DNA of 64,000 nucleotides from Candidatus Aenigmatarchaeota archaeon (GTDB lineage Archaea; Aenigmatarchaeota; Aenigmatarchaeia; CG10238-14; SCSR01): NCBI GenBank assembly GCA_016187385.1, contig JACPJU010000001.1, positions 204,010 to 268,009 of the forward strand, read 5' to 3'. Shown piece by piece: positions 8,723 to 18,011 of this stretch (position 1 is its first letter; each line of letters starts with the position of its first letter). The notes under the pieces were generated by a model. It saw only the letters and a program-made list of their open reading frames with translations, ran no database searches and was not told where the DNA came from. The position numbers and the translations under genes were made by a program.

Positions 8723-9313
8723 ATGAAAATTGGGTTTAAAGAGTTTTCACTTAAGTCTTTGTTTGTATTATCATTATCACTTATACTTGTATTATGGAGC
8801 ATTCCACTTTTGTCATTTGTTCCTATTGCATGGACACTTTTTCAAGGCGGGAATGAATTTCGTGATTACAATAATCGCATAGTAAATTTTTTCATTAATG
8901 AAAGTGATTTAGAATTTCTGAACGTACAAGAATTAAGTCATATGCAGGATGTCAGAAAGTTTGTGATTGCTAGTAATATCTTATTCATGGTTTCTATTGC
9001 GATAGTTATAACAAGTTTTAATTATCTCAATTCTCATAGGAGATTTTTATTGGAAGCAGTAAGAAAAACTTCTCTTGCTGTTTTTACATCAACCTTGATA
9101 ATCTCCACAATAGCATTTGTTGATTTCAACTGGTTGTTCATTGCATTCCATAAAATATTTTTCATCAAAAATTTTACTTTTCCTCCAGACAGCATATTGA
9201 AAATTCTTTACCCCGATGAGTTCTTCTTTCAGTTGGGTATTGTCTATTTTTTATCTGTGATGTTCGCTAGTTTGGTGGTCGCTGTGATTTCACACAGGTT
9301 AAAGCTTAAGTAA
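8723..9313 (+). CDS. Hypothetical integral membrane protein
   Basis: 196 aa with 4-5 predicted hydrophobic helices. Confidence 0.45.
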   Translation: MKIGFKEFSLKSLFVLSLSLILVLWSIPLLSFVPIAWTLFQGGNEFRDYNNRIVNFFINESDLEFLNVQELSHMQDVRKFVIASNILFMVSIAIVITSFNYLNSHRRFLLEAVRKTSLAVFTSTLIISTIAFVDFNWLFIAFHKIFFIKNFTFPPDSILKILYPDEFFFQLGIVYFLSVMFASLVVAVISHRLKLK

Positions 9314-9337
9314 TTTCAAATTTTATCTTAACAGTAC

Positions 9338-9446
9338 GGGGTTGTCGTTCAACCTGGTAGGACTTACGCCTCCAGTCTTCATGGAGATCTGAATCAAGAT
9401 GATGGGATGCTAGCGTATAACTAGGGTTCAAATCCCTACAACCCCA
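9338..9446 (+). tRNA. tRNA-Trp (CCA) with ~36-nt intron after position 37
   Basis: GGGGTTG-TC-GTTC-AACCTGGTA-GGAC-T-TACGC-CTCCAG[intron TCTTCATGGAGATCTGAATCAAGATGATGGGATGCT]A-GCGTA-TAAC-TAGGG-TTCAAAT-CCCTA-CAACCCC-A. Archaeal tRNA-Trp classically carries an intron here. Confidence 0.7.
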
Positions 9447-9447
9447 T

Positions 9448-10101
9448 TCACTTCCATCCGTATTTGCCACGGAGATTTACAAAAACCACAGGGAGTATTT
9501 CTTTTCTTGTCACTTTTCCAGACTTGTTTTTCTTAACTTCAACTAGGTTCTGTTCGCTGTATGGAGACCCTATAACTATCAGCATTGTACCATTTGACTT
9601 AAGTTGTTCTAATAACGGTTTTGGTATGTCTGGGGAGGTTGCGCTGACCACTATCTTGTCGTAAGGCGCGTATTTAGTGTACCCAAGAGAACCGTCGCCA
9701 TGGATTAGAACAATATCCTTGTAACCAGCCTTCGCCACATTCCTTTTCGCAAACTTGTATGTTTCTTTGTTTATTTCTATTCCAACGACTTTGCCTTTTT
9801 CACCCACAAGTTCTTGTGCGTAGGCAAGCATTATTCCAGACCCAGCACCCACTTCCAGAAACCTGTCCCCTTTTTTTAATTTCAGGTTTTCCAAGGTAAT
9901 GGAATGTATATGAGGAGCTGAAATCGTCTGGTCGCCGGGAATCGGCAATGGTGTGCCTATGTAGGCATTATCATAATATTGCTCAGGAACAAACAATTCT
10001 CTTGGGACTTTGAGCATCACTCTTTTGACCGCGGATGATTTTACATATCCTTGACTAGACAGTTTCCTTATCAGATTCTTTCTCTGAACCTCAAAATCCA
10101 T
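9448..10101 (-). CDS. pcm: Protein-L-isoaspartate O-methyltransferase
   Basis: SAM-binding motif LEVGAGSGIM and the overall PIMT pattern. Confidence 0.85.
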   Translation of the reverse strand: MDFEVQRKNLIRKLSSQGYVKSSAVKRVMLKVPRELFVPEQYYDNAYIGTPLPIPGDQTISAPHIHSITLENLKLKKGDRFLEVGAGSGIMLAYAQELVGEKGKVVGIEINKETYKFAKRNVAKAGYKDIVLIHGDGSLGYTKYAPYDKIVVSATSPDIPKPLLEQLKSNGTMLIVIGSPYSEQNLVEVKKNKSGKVTRKEILPVVFVNLRGKYGWK

Positions 10102-10145
10102 ATATCAGATTATCTAAGGTTAAAGAAATAGAAAGGGAGGAAAGC

Positions 10146-10433
10146 TTACTTTGTCAGTGCAATGTTTATTGTTGAAACATTGATTTTCTGCCCGTTTTCA
10201 AGCTCTCTTTCCTCTGTGCCAATCTCGATTTTTGAAACTCTTGATTCTTGAGCGAATTTCCTTCGGACGATCTCAGCCACGTCGACAGCCTTGGAGATTG
10301 CTCTTCCTCTAGCCTTGATGTAGACTTCCTTCTGTCCATTAGACATCTGAGTTACAACGCCTAGGACATAAGCCATTGAAGGCTTTTGGCCCACGAAGAC
10401 TACGTTTTCTGGTAGTTTTTCTTGTTCAGTCAT
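10146..10433 (-). CDS. albA: DNA/RNA-binding protein Alba
   Basis: [20 protein letters not shown]...[21 protein letters not shown] is the Alba signature. Confidence 0.85.
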   Translation of the reverse strand: MTEQEKLPENVVFVGQKPSMAYVLGVVTQMSNGQKEVYIKARGRAISKAVDVAEIVRRKFAQESRVSKIEIGTEERELENGQKINVSTINIALTK

Positions 10434-10555
10434 TGTTATGTACCTCCATTGTATTTAAGTAATTGATAATGGAAGGTTACATTTTTAAAGATTGGAAATG
10501 ACATGTATTCTGTAGTATAGATATCTTTATATACCACTAATAAGTAGTTAAATAT

Positions 10556-11038
10556 ATGGTATTGGCAGCTTTGATTCCACTGTTGTTTTGGACGGGAGTT
10601 TCTACCTGGGGTATCAATAAACTTTTGAACAAACATTATTTTGAAACTCCTCTTGCTAAAGAGGTTAACGCATATTTCAAAAAGAAAGGGGAGGAATGGC
10701 CTGGAATCCCAGAAGAAATATTCACAGGAACATACACGTGGGTTAAGAAAGGTTTTTCGGAGTTGCCATATTTACCGCAGACTGTTAGAGAAGCTTATAT
10801 GAGAAGAATGGGTATACCTTATCAACCAATACTTCCGCTACAAGAATTCAAAGGACTTGTCTACAGGGAACCAAAAATTGAAATACCGACAAAAACCGAA
10901 TTCAAGATACATAGAAATCAACTTTCTTTTGACGACTACTTAATTGAGAAAGGTTTAAGACCTGAGTATGGTATCAGACGAGAGCCACTGATAAGATATC
11001 GTCCCTTCATTGATATGTTGTACGGCGTTCGCACATAA
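10556..11038 (+). CDS. Hypothetical protein
   Basis: 160-aa ORF with an N-terminal hydrophobic segment; no motif recognised. Confidence 0.4.
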   Translation: MVLAALIPLLFWTGVSTWGINKLLNKHYFETPLAKEVNAYFKKKGEEWPGIPEEIFTGTYTWVKKGFSELPYLPQTVREAYMRRMGIPYQPILPLQEFKGLVYREPKIEIPTKTEFKIHRNQLSFDDYLIEKGLRPEYGIRREPLIRYRPFIDMLYGVRT

Positions 11039-11067
11039 TTATCACCTTACTAAGCAATTTTTGTTTG

Positions 11068-11077
11068 TAATATAAAT
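11068..11077 (+). promoter_or_regulatory. Candidate TATA box upstream of 11093 gene
   Basis: taatataaat about 16-25 nt upstream of the ATG. Confidence 0.3.
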
Positions 11078-11092
11078 TAAATTAAGGTAGCA

Positions 11093-13738
11093 ATGCCGAA
11101 TTTGACAGTCATAGTTAGGGATGAAAAGACAAGGAAACCTATAGGTAATGCGAGAGTCATATCAAAAACCGATAATAAACCTTTGAATGCGATTTGGGAT
11201 ACGACTAAACCCCCAGGAGAACAAGAAAAGGAGCCTCAATTCGGATACTATAAAGATATTTTAAGTCGCGGGGAACATGTCATTTCCGTAAAAGCAAATG
11301 GGTACAAAGACTACGAATCTGACATAATACCGCTTCTAAGTACAGACAGAACAATTCCAGTGAACCTAACACCAACCGGAGTTAGTGGATTCTTTGAACC
11401 AACCAAAAAAGCATTTGGCATAGGACCAGGCAAACTTGGAAACTGGAAACGCGGGACTTGGTCTTGGATTTTCGCTGGGGTATCGACTGTACTATACGTC
11501 CTTGCTTTTCTAAGTATCTGGACGCCGCTCGCTAGTACTATCGGTTCGCCTAGCACAATTGGTATTTTTCTTCTCGGACTTTTCACTGTTGCGTTATCTT
11601 CATATTTTGGCGCTAACCGTGTTGCAGGTGCCGTATCTGAAAATTTACCCAACGTAATAATGGGATTGATAATCACACTGCTGATGTTTTTTATAGCCAT
11701 CCTGCCGTTGATCAACACTATACCAATTATAAAGGATTCTCTTTTCTTGAAGACAGTCGCCTTCTTGACTATTTTTACTCTCGCCATGCTTTCAAGCAAA
11801 GCTAGAGGAATAGCACCTACCATAGGGCATTCACTTGTATGGAGCATTGTCGCTCTTATAGTGCTGATCGGGATAAACTTTTTCGTCAGCGGCACGGCAT
11901 TCAATATAGATTTCTACATCAATTCGCTGGATGTTCTGCGTATAATAGGACTGGACCAGAATACGATTGACGGTATGAAAGAAGGTATCAGAAAAATTAT
12001 CAGCTATCTTTTCGCGATAGGGCAGATAAAACCTGAACCAGACGCTGTGAAAATTGGTGGGTACGAGGCGATTCAGTTAAAGTTTGGAAGTAGGCATACA
12101 GATTTTGTTCCACCAAATGCATTCGCAAGACTGGACTATACGCTTCCAATTACCATAATAAATCCGAATAATGTAGAAGACTTTGTCAACCCTGTTACTG
12201 GTTTTTACGTGGACGAAATATTCATGTTCAATAGAAGCAATGAAAAGATGCTGTGCGGCGTTGTCGAAGGTGCGGGCAAGTCTGAACCGATTACCAGCAT
12301 CAAATCACAGGAAGAGAAATCGATGATTATACAATTTAAGAACAAGACCGATTGCAGAGATATTATAGCCAAATCAAGAAACATACAAGATGTGGCAACA
12401 GTCAATCCGCTATTTCCGATAAAGTTCAAACAGGATGTGAATAGTGAAAATATAACGGAAATGACAAAAACGGGGAAAGATTTCGTATGCGAAAGGGAAT
12501 GTGGTGAAACCCTTAATAATAGTAACAATCTATACGGCATCAAAAATGAACTGGACAAAAATGAAACTGCATACATAGAAAGCGAAAATAAATGTGCTTG
12601 TAAATTCCAAAAACTTTACAATTTGATGGACGACTTGTGCTTCACTGACAACAAGGCAAATATTGAGATGAGAGCCAATTATAACTTTTCAGTTGAAGGC
12701 AAGGGAGAATTGATTTTGGTCAATAAAGACAGCGACAAAAAATTCACATCAGACCCCAAGATTACAAGCAGTGCTGGTCCCCTGACGGTAACAACATACT
12801 TTTCTCCCGACATTTACAGTGCGGAAAGCGATTCGTCTAGAGGGATAACAATGTTCATCCGCATAGACAACAGCGGTGAAGGCGATGCGAAGATAACTGG
12901 ATTTGACATAAAAGATTTGGATATAGAAAACGGTTGTAGTCCCAAGCCAGTGAATTTGATTGTCAAAAAAGGCGATATTAAAGAAACTGGTATCCCGATT
13001 ACGTGCGATGCATCGGTTTTCAAAAATAGGGACATAAAAGAACCTTTCACCACCATTCCAGTGGTTGTGGACATCAATTACACATATAGCCAGACATATT
13101 CAACAGCAATAGGACTGCAAAAAGCTTCTATTCGCGGTGAGATTATAGAAGGCAGTGACGAGTACAATCGACTAGTTGAACAATATTCACCATTGCCTTA
13201 TTATTGCCCGCGCGACATGAAAGTTTACAGTGGGTGGCCTGTGACTGTGAAAGTGATACCACCTGGTTCGGGAACTACACCAACTGGTTCATGTACCCCT
13301 GTTAATAGCGGTCCCTGCAGTACTGGTGATTTGCGAAGTACATGCTTTGGTATCAATGCAATCAAAGCATCAAGTATTTGCAATATCGAAAGCAGTGGCA
13401 ATCCGACTGTTGCTAGCACAGTCGATAAATGCAAGGATGGCACATCATTTTCACACGGACTGTTTCAAATCAACATTATTGCACATGCCAATGAAATAGG
13501 CGGAGATTGTATGAATCTATTTACAATTAATGGTCCTGGAATATTAGGAACATGTCTTGAATCTGATTCAGACGGTAATTGCATAAAGCATGATTGTGAG
13601 GCTAAAGATTCTAATCAATACACAAGATGTGTTGACCGAATAAACGATGTAACCAGAAATATCCAAATTGCCTGCCAAATATCAAATAACGGTATTGATT
13701 GGAATGCATGGGGAGCCAATAAGAAATGTAACTTTTAG
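11093..13738 (+). CDS. Large membrane-anchored surface protein with a C-terminal Cys-rich lysozyme-like / lytic transglycosylase (SLT)-like domain
   Basis: 881 aa. N-terminal beta-rich domain, then a multi-helix hydrophobic block (about aa 115-290). C-terminal about 150 aa contain CNIESSGNP...GLFQIN...NNGIDWNAWGA, which fits the SLT ES...GLMQI-type pattern. Confidence 0.65.
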   Translation: MPNLTVIVRDEKTRKPIGNARVISKTDNKPLNAIWDTTKPPGEQEKEPQFGYYKDILSRGEHVISVKANGYKDYESDIIPLLSTDRTIPVNLTPTGVSGFFEPTKKAFGIGPGKLGNWKRGTWSWIFAGVSTVLYVLAFLSIWTPLASTIGSPSTIGIFLLGLFTVALSSYFGANRVAGAVSENLPNVIMGLIITLLMFFIAILPLINTIPIIKDSLFLKTVAFLTIFTLAMLSSKARGIAPTIGHSLVWSIVALIVLIGINFFVSGTAFNIDFYINSLDVLRIIGLDQNTIDGMKEGIRKIISYLFAIGQIKPEPDAVKIGGYEAIQLKFGSRHTDFVPPNAFARLDYTLPITIINPNNVEDFVNPVTGFYVDEIFMFNRSNEKMLCGVVEGAGKSEPITSIKSQEEKSMIIQFKNKTDCRDIIAKSRNIQDVATVNPLFPIKFKQDVNSENITEMTKTGKDFVCERECGETLNNSNNLYGIKNELDKNETAYIESENKCACKFQKLYNLMDDLCFTDNKANIEMRANYNFSVEGKGELILVNKDSDKKFTSDPKITSSAGPLTVTTYFSPDIYSAESDSSRGITMFIRIDNSGEGDAKITGFDIKDLDIENGCSPKPVNLIVKKGDIKETGIPITCDASVFKNRDIKEPFTTIPVVVDINYTYSQTYSTAIGLQKASIRGEIIEGSDEYNRLVEQYSPLPYYCPRDMKVYSGWPVTVKVIPPGSGTTPTGSCTPVNSGPCSTGDLRSTCFGINAIKASSICNIESSGNPTVASTVDKCKDGTSFSHGLFQINIIAHANEIGGDCMNLFTINGPGILGTCLESDSDGNCIKHDCEAKDSNQYTRCVDRINDVTRNIQIACQISNNGIDWNAWGANKKCNF

Positions 13739-15184
13739 TCAAGATGGAATCTGCTCTCCACCAAGAACATAAAAGGTCAATTCAAGATTTCTCATCGCGC
13801 TTGTTTTTTCCACTTTATCATACAGAGGATACCTGATTTCCTTGCCCAGAATCGAGACATAAACATTCGCATTTGCTGAATAGTCATAACTGCATGTTTT
13901 CTTGTACAAATTTTGGGGTTTAATGCAGATCGCAGAAATATAAGATAAGCACTTTCCATTGGGCTGTTCTGCGGAACCTGAAGGGCAGTCACCAGTTATT
14001 TCACGATCGACTTCTTTTACACAGTGTGCACCATCATATGTATAGTCTGACCTCTCGCACCCCCGTTGCAAACAACAACTTTCGGGAGCACTAATGTCTT
14101 CAATAGTGCATGTTGCTTCTTTGTTCGTATCTGCAGCTACTTGCGTTAAATCATTGTTTGTCTTCAATGTTACATCGGTATCGATGGTATTGTATTTGTT
14201 GTTCAGACTGAGGATGTTATTCACTACATCAGTTCTGAAGTTCGTTAAAACATTCGGACAAGCTTCGTCAAGCATTTCTTTCTTGCTCTTCGAAGGTATA
14301 GAGGAAGTATAACATTCTTCGTATTTGATTGATTTGCAAGCATCCGGTATTCTTGACTCTGCTGCATCTATCTGCTCCTTCACAACATCCTTGTCGATAA
14401 AAAGTTCTTTTCCTTTCGAAATTAATTTCGCTATTCTCAGATTCAAAATTTTTTTAGCGTTAGGACTGTCGGAGATTTCTACATTTGTTTCTGTGAATTT
14501 AGTTTTTTCCGATGATGTCGCGGTCACGTTTACGCGATTGCCTTTAATTTGTAGCTTGACTGCAGTAGTGGGAGATTGCACGTGTATTGTATTTGTTTTT
14601 TCATTGATGGCGGACACATATTCGTTGAGCATAGTCTGGGTTTTCTGTCCCAACACATTGTCAAATTCAGACGAAGTCGACAAGCATGTACCGCACTTGG
14701 CTGTTTCTGTGTCACATTCTTCCGGAGATATACCGCACCAATCGTTGAGTATGTTCGCTTGATTTGAACGATCTGTACTCCAGCCGTTTTGTTGATAAAA
14801 CAGGAGAATGTCATTTCTGTTATTCAGAACGCATTCTGCACAAGACGTACTCAATCCATATGTAGGCATGCATGTTTTCTCGTATGTTCTCCAATAAGGC
14901 AGGGTCTCGTAAGGCAGGACATTGAACGACTCTGCATAGCACCCGGACACAGAATATTCGCCGTATCTCAAAACATCGTACGCAACTTGGTATGTTGAAT
15001 AAATTAGAGATTGTTCAATTCCACGCTTGGCAAATTCTATCTGGCTTACTCCCTCGCGTATGATGCGTTCATTTTGGTCTCTGACAACACTGTCTATTTC
15101 ATATGCGACGTTGAAAGAAAAGACCGACACGATTGTTAACATGCTTACGAATGCCACCAATGCTATCTCTACTGCCCCTTTCAT
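13739..15184 (-). CDS. Pilin-like secreted Cys-rich protein
   Basis: N-terminus MKGAVEIALVAFVSMLTIVSVF (class III signal-peptide-like), many Cys pairs, 481 aa. Its start codon overlaps the stop of the upstream gene (ATGA). Confidence 0.5.
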   Translation of the reverse strand: MKGAVEIALVAFVSMLTIVSVFSFNVAYEIDSVVRDQNERIIREGVSQIEFAKRGIEQSLIYSTYQVAYDVLRYGEYSVSGCYAESFNVLPYETLPYWRTYEKTCMPTYGLSTSCAECVLNNRNDILLFYQQNGWSTDRSNQANILNDWCGISPEECDTETAKCGTCLSTSSEFDNVLGQKTQTMLNEYVSAINEKTNTIHVQSPTTAVKLQIKGNRVNVTATSSEKTKFTETNVEISDSPNAKKILNLRIAKLISKGKELFIDKDVVKEQIDAAESRIPDACKSIKYEECYTSSIPSKSKKEMLDEACPNVLTNFRTDVVNNILSLNNKYNTIDTDVTLKTNNDLTQVAADTNKEATCTIEDISAPESCCLQRGCERSDYTYDGAHCVKEVDREITGDCPSGSAEQPNGKCLSYISAICIKPQNLYKKTCSYDYSANANVYVSILGKEIRYPLYDKVEKTSAMRNLELTFYVLGGEQIPS

Positions 15185-17343
15185 GTCGTACCAATCTCCA
15201 CAACGTCTACAAGAGACTTTTTATTGTATGGCAAAACTGCAACTGTATTGAAACTCACTTGCCCGGGGGGACAATCTTTCTGCAAGATTCCTCCAGTTCC
15301 GGGACCTTTGCAGTTGGGGGTGCAATCAAGATAATTTTTCGTGAATGGATCGTACCTCTTTGTGCATGTTGATGTTGTCCCGTCAGGGCATGTGACTTGC
15401 TTGCATGCGGGACCTGTGCATACTGGTGTAGGTATTGGCACAGGAACCGGTGTTACACCACTACAAATTTCATCCGATTTTATTTTCAAAACATTACACA
15501 TAGGATCTCCATCGAAAAATGAAAATGGATCGCAACTTAATGTTGGATTTCCTTTAGGTGAATACTGCCAAACTAAATATCCATCTACTTTTGGAGAAAA
15601 TACATTAATCTCGCTACTCAATTTTTGTGCTCTTCCATCCAATTCACCAGCTCCACATACATTTGTGCAGTCTGTATTCGTACAACTTCCGTCAGGCGCG
15701 GGTCCATTTCCTCTAAACCATGATTCACCTATGTAGAAAGGTTTGTTTATTGAATCGGCTATACCAATTCCAGAATTCATATAACTTTTTTGTGTTTCAT
15801 CATTACCACTGTAATGACCAGATACCAAGTCTACATTTGGAAGCGAATGTATATTTTTATATTCATTGTTATCTATCCTCTCTCCAACATGATTAAGTCC
15901 CATTGTCCCTATTGATACAAGATGATTTGCATCATTTTCCTTTATTGTTCTGCTTATGTCATCAACAAAATTTTTAAATGCATCAACACAAGACTCGTCA
16001 CCTTTGCAATGGGGTTCATTCATTATTTCCCATGCTAGTATTTCATTTCTATCCTTCAAAGAAGATGCTATGTTTCTTACATATGGTTTAAATTCCGACT
16101 TGTATCCATTAGAGAACCATTCTTTTGGATTTGATTCTGCTGAACCATATGGAAAATCTTCTAATGTTACTATGAATTTTAGATTGTACACCGTTCCTTT
16201 ATCCAAAACTTTTTTTACATTATTTATTCCACCGATTCCGAATGTATTTTGATATCCCCATATCCTTACTACGTTTACACCACAACTGTTTGATAAATAC
16301 TTGAGTATTCTATCGGCTTCAGAATCTGATGCTTTTGCCAAACTATGAATGTTCACTCCTATAAATTTAAACTGTTTTCCGTCGAGAGTCAAACTGTTAC
16401 CTGATCGAGAAACCAATCCAGACCCTCTACATGTGACACCTTGTGATTCAGTAGCTACATATTCTGTTGATGCAAGCAAGGAACCTTGTGAAGAAGAACA
16501 CAAACCCAACTCTGTTTCAGGATTTTTTATTGGAACACCGTTTTTTATTATCTGAATATGGGTGTGTCCTCTGCCTGAACCGTCGACATTCGGATAGAGA
16601 GAACCTGCAGATGCCCCGGATGGAAATGACTCGCCTATAGCACCAGGCAGTCCGTCATTCTTCAGGTGCGTGATATATATCTCATAAGTGTCTGTACCAT
16701 CGGTTGCCGTAAATGTTTTTCCATATCCTAATCCGCTGGCACCTCCTTCTATTCTTTCATATTTCCATTGTACAGCCTTTCCATTAATTGTTGGGAGAGT
16801 TGCCGAATATGAATCGCTACCTCCGGGTCCTGCGACGTCTATTCCAGTTGCAGTCCTGGGGAATGTATCACAAAGTCCCGGATTTACCTGACGATAACTT
16901 TGGCTACAATGTTCACATGCATTACCGGATCCCAATGAACCGCAAGTTATCGTAGGATTTTGCATAGGACATGAAAATGTTCCTGGCGACGGCTGTGGTG
17001 GCGGTGGCGGAGGAGGTGGAGGCGGCACAACCGCCACTGATGTTTGTTGAATAGAAACGCAATTATTAGTTCCTGCAACCTTTTCGAAGGATGTCTTTAT
17101 TCCTGATGCTGTTGGGATATTGTAAATATAATTGGTGGTTATTGTTTCGTAAGAACTTTTGCCGTCATTTGCCGAGAATAATGTTTGCAATGAATACTGT
17201 GCTCTATCATATTCGTAAGTGTATGTGAGCTCTCTGTCGATTGTTGTCTTGATGATTGCCGGCGAGATAAGTAAGGATATCATTATCGTCAGCGTTCCAA
17301 TCAATGGAACAAACGGTATTCCAAATGCTGTTTGACCTTTCAT
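15181..17343 (-). CDS. Pilin-like multidomain hydrolase: class III SP-like N-terminus, poly-Pro linker, M23-peptidase-like region, GH5 glycoside hydrolase domain, Cys-rich C-terminus
   Basis: MKGQTAFGIPFVPLIGTL N-terminus; PPPPPPPPPPPQPSPG linker. Region INGKAV...DGTDTYEIYITHLKND...DGSGRGHTHIQI aligns to the lysostaphin/LytM core, but the first Zn-ligand His of HxxxD is missing. LAWEIMNEPH matches the GH5 PROSITE signature exactly; IGESW is a plausible nucleophile motif. Confidence 0.7.
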   Translation of the reverse strand: MKGQTAFGIPFVPLIGTLTIMISLLISPAIIKTTIDRELTYTYEYDRAQYSLQTLFSANDGKSSYETITTNYIYNIPTASGIKTSFEKVAGTNNCVSIQQTSVAVVPPPPPPPPPPQPSPGTFSCPMQNPTITCGSLGSGNACEHCSQSYRQVNPGLCDTFPRTATGIDVAGPGGSDSYSATLPTINGKAVQWKYERIEGGASGLGYGKTFTATDGTDTYEIYITHLKNDGLPGAIGESFPSGASAGSLYPNVDGSGRGHTHIQIIKNGVPIKNPETELGLCSSSQGSLLASTEYVATESQGVTCRGSGLVSRSGNSLTLDGKQFKFIGVNIHSLAKASDSEADRILKYLSNSCGVNVVRIWGYQNTFGIGGINNVKKVLDKGTVYNLKFIVTLEDFPYGSAESNPKEWFSNGYKSEFKPYVRNIASSLKDRNEILAWEIMNEPHCKGDESCVDAFKNFVDDISRTIKENDANHLVSIGTMGLNHVGERIDNNEYKNIHSLPNVDLVSGHYSGNDETQKSYMNSGIGIADSINKPFYIGESWFRGNGPAPDGSCTNTDCTNVCGAGELDGRAQKLSSEINVFSPKVDGYLVWQYSPKGNPTLSCDPFSFFDGDPMCNVLKIKSDEICSGVTPVPVPIPTPVCTGPACKQVTCPDGTTSTCTKRYDPFTKNYLDCTPNCKGPGTGGILQKDCPPGQVSFNTVAVLPYNKKSLVDVVEIGTT
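16994..17026 (-). repeat. GC-rich low-complexity tract encoding an 11-Pro linker
   Basis: ggtggcggtggcggaggaggtggaggcggc on the top strand = (CCN)11 on the coding strand. Confidence 0.6.
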
Positions 17344-18011
17344 TCAACCATCACTATCCTCAATCTTCCCATGTTGACATCAGTGTCTGAATATCTTACG
17401 TTGACTGGAAATGAATCGTCCAGAATTGTTGCGGTTTCAAATCCGCATTTCTCCAAAGACAATACCTGCAGACCTTGGGTGAAAATATTTTGAATGTCAT
17501 TCTGGTTGAGTCGTTGCAGGCATGATGTTACCTTTTGCAAGAACATGTTCTCTTCCTCTGTAGCTGGACTGCCCATTGGCGGGTACAATACAGAAAACCA
17601 TCCATTTTCATTTTCGCTGTCTGTAATTAGGATGAAGCTGAACGATTTCGGAAGGGATTTTACATACCCGCATATTCCCGGCTTACCATTGTCGAGCTTG
17701 CAGAAAGCTAGATTGTTTACCTGAAGTTGGGAAAGTGGGAACATTTTTGCGTCTAGCTTTTCTTTGTCGAAAATGCCGCGATGATATGATGCACCGTCGT
17801 AGTAAGTCAGTACATGGTTGGATGCTATAGAATTTGCCAGAATTATCGCATTGTTTTCGAAATCCTTTTCCTCTATCGCTGGAGAAATTTTCCAGAATTC
17901 GGCAGGAGGGACAAAAGCTAATACAGTAGCTATGACACCTGTAATCATCAGCGAGAAAAGTGGTGTTATGTAACTTTCGCCTTTCATCAACATCCTCCCG
18001 TAATCAGACAT
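17340..18011 (-). CDS. Pilin-like hypothetical protein
   Basis: Internal start MKGESYITPLFSLMITGVIATVLAF gives a class III SP-like N-terminus; 4-nt overlaps with both neighbours. Confidence 0.45.
   Translation of the reverse strand: MSDYGRMLMKGESYITPLFSLMITGVIATVLAFVPPAEFWKISPAIEEKDFENNAIILANSIASNHVLTYYDGASYHRGIFDKEKLDAKMFPLSQLQVNNLAFCKLDNGKPGICGYVKSLPKSFSFILITDSENENGWFSVLYPPMGSPATEEENMFLQKVTSCLQRLNQNDIQNIFTQGLQVLSLEKCGFETATILDDSFPVNVRYSDTDVNMGRLRIVMVE

Noticed and set aside
11311-13443. Several minus-strand ORFs (197, 123, 87, 72 aa) inside the 11093..13738 gene
   Set aside because: Embedded antisense ORFs in a long, motif-supported CDS.
14094-15736. Plus-strand ORFs (63-145 aa) across the pilin-like genes
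   Set aside because: Antisense to minus-strand genes with strong domain evidence.
16551-16851. Calling a fully active M23 metallopeptidase
   Set aside because: The core aligns with lysostaphin, but the first Zn-ligand His of HxxxD is absent and the spacing is compressed. It is reported only as M23-like.
16994-17026. GC-rich GGNGGN repeat, considered as a possible non-coding repeat or G-quadruplex element
   Set aside because: It is in frame within 15181..17343 and simply encodes the poly-Pro linker.
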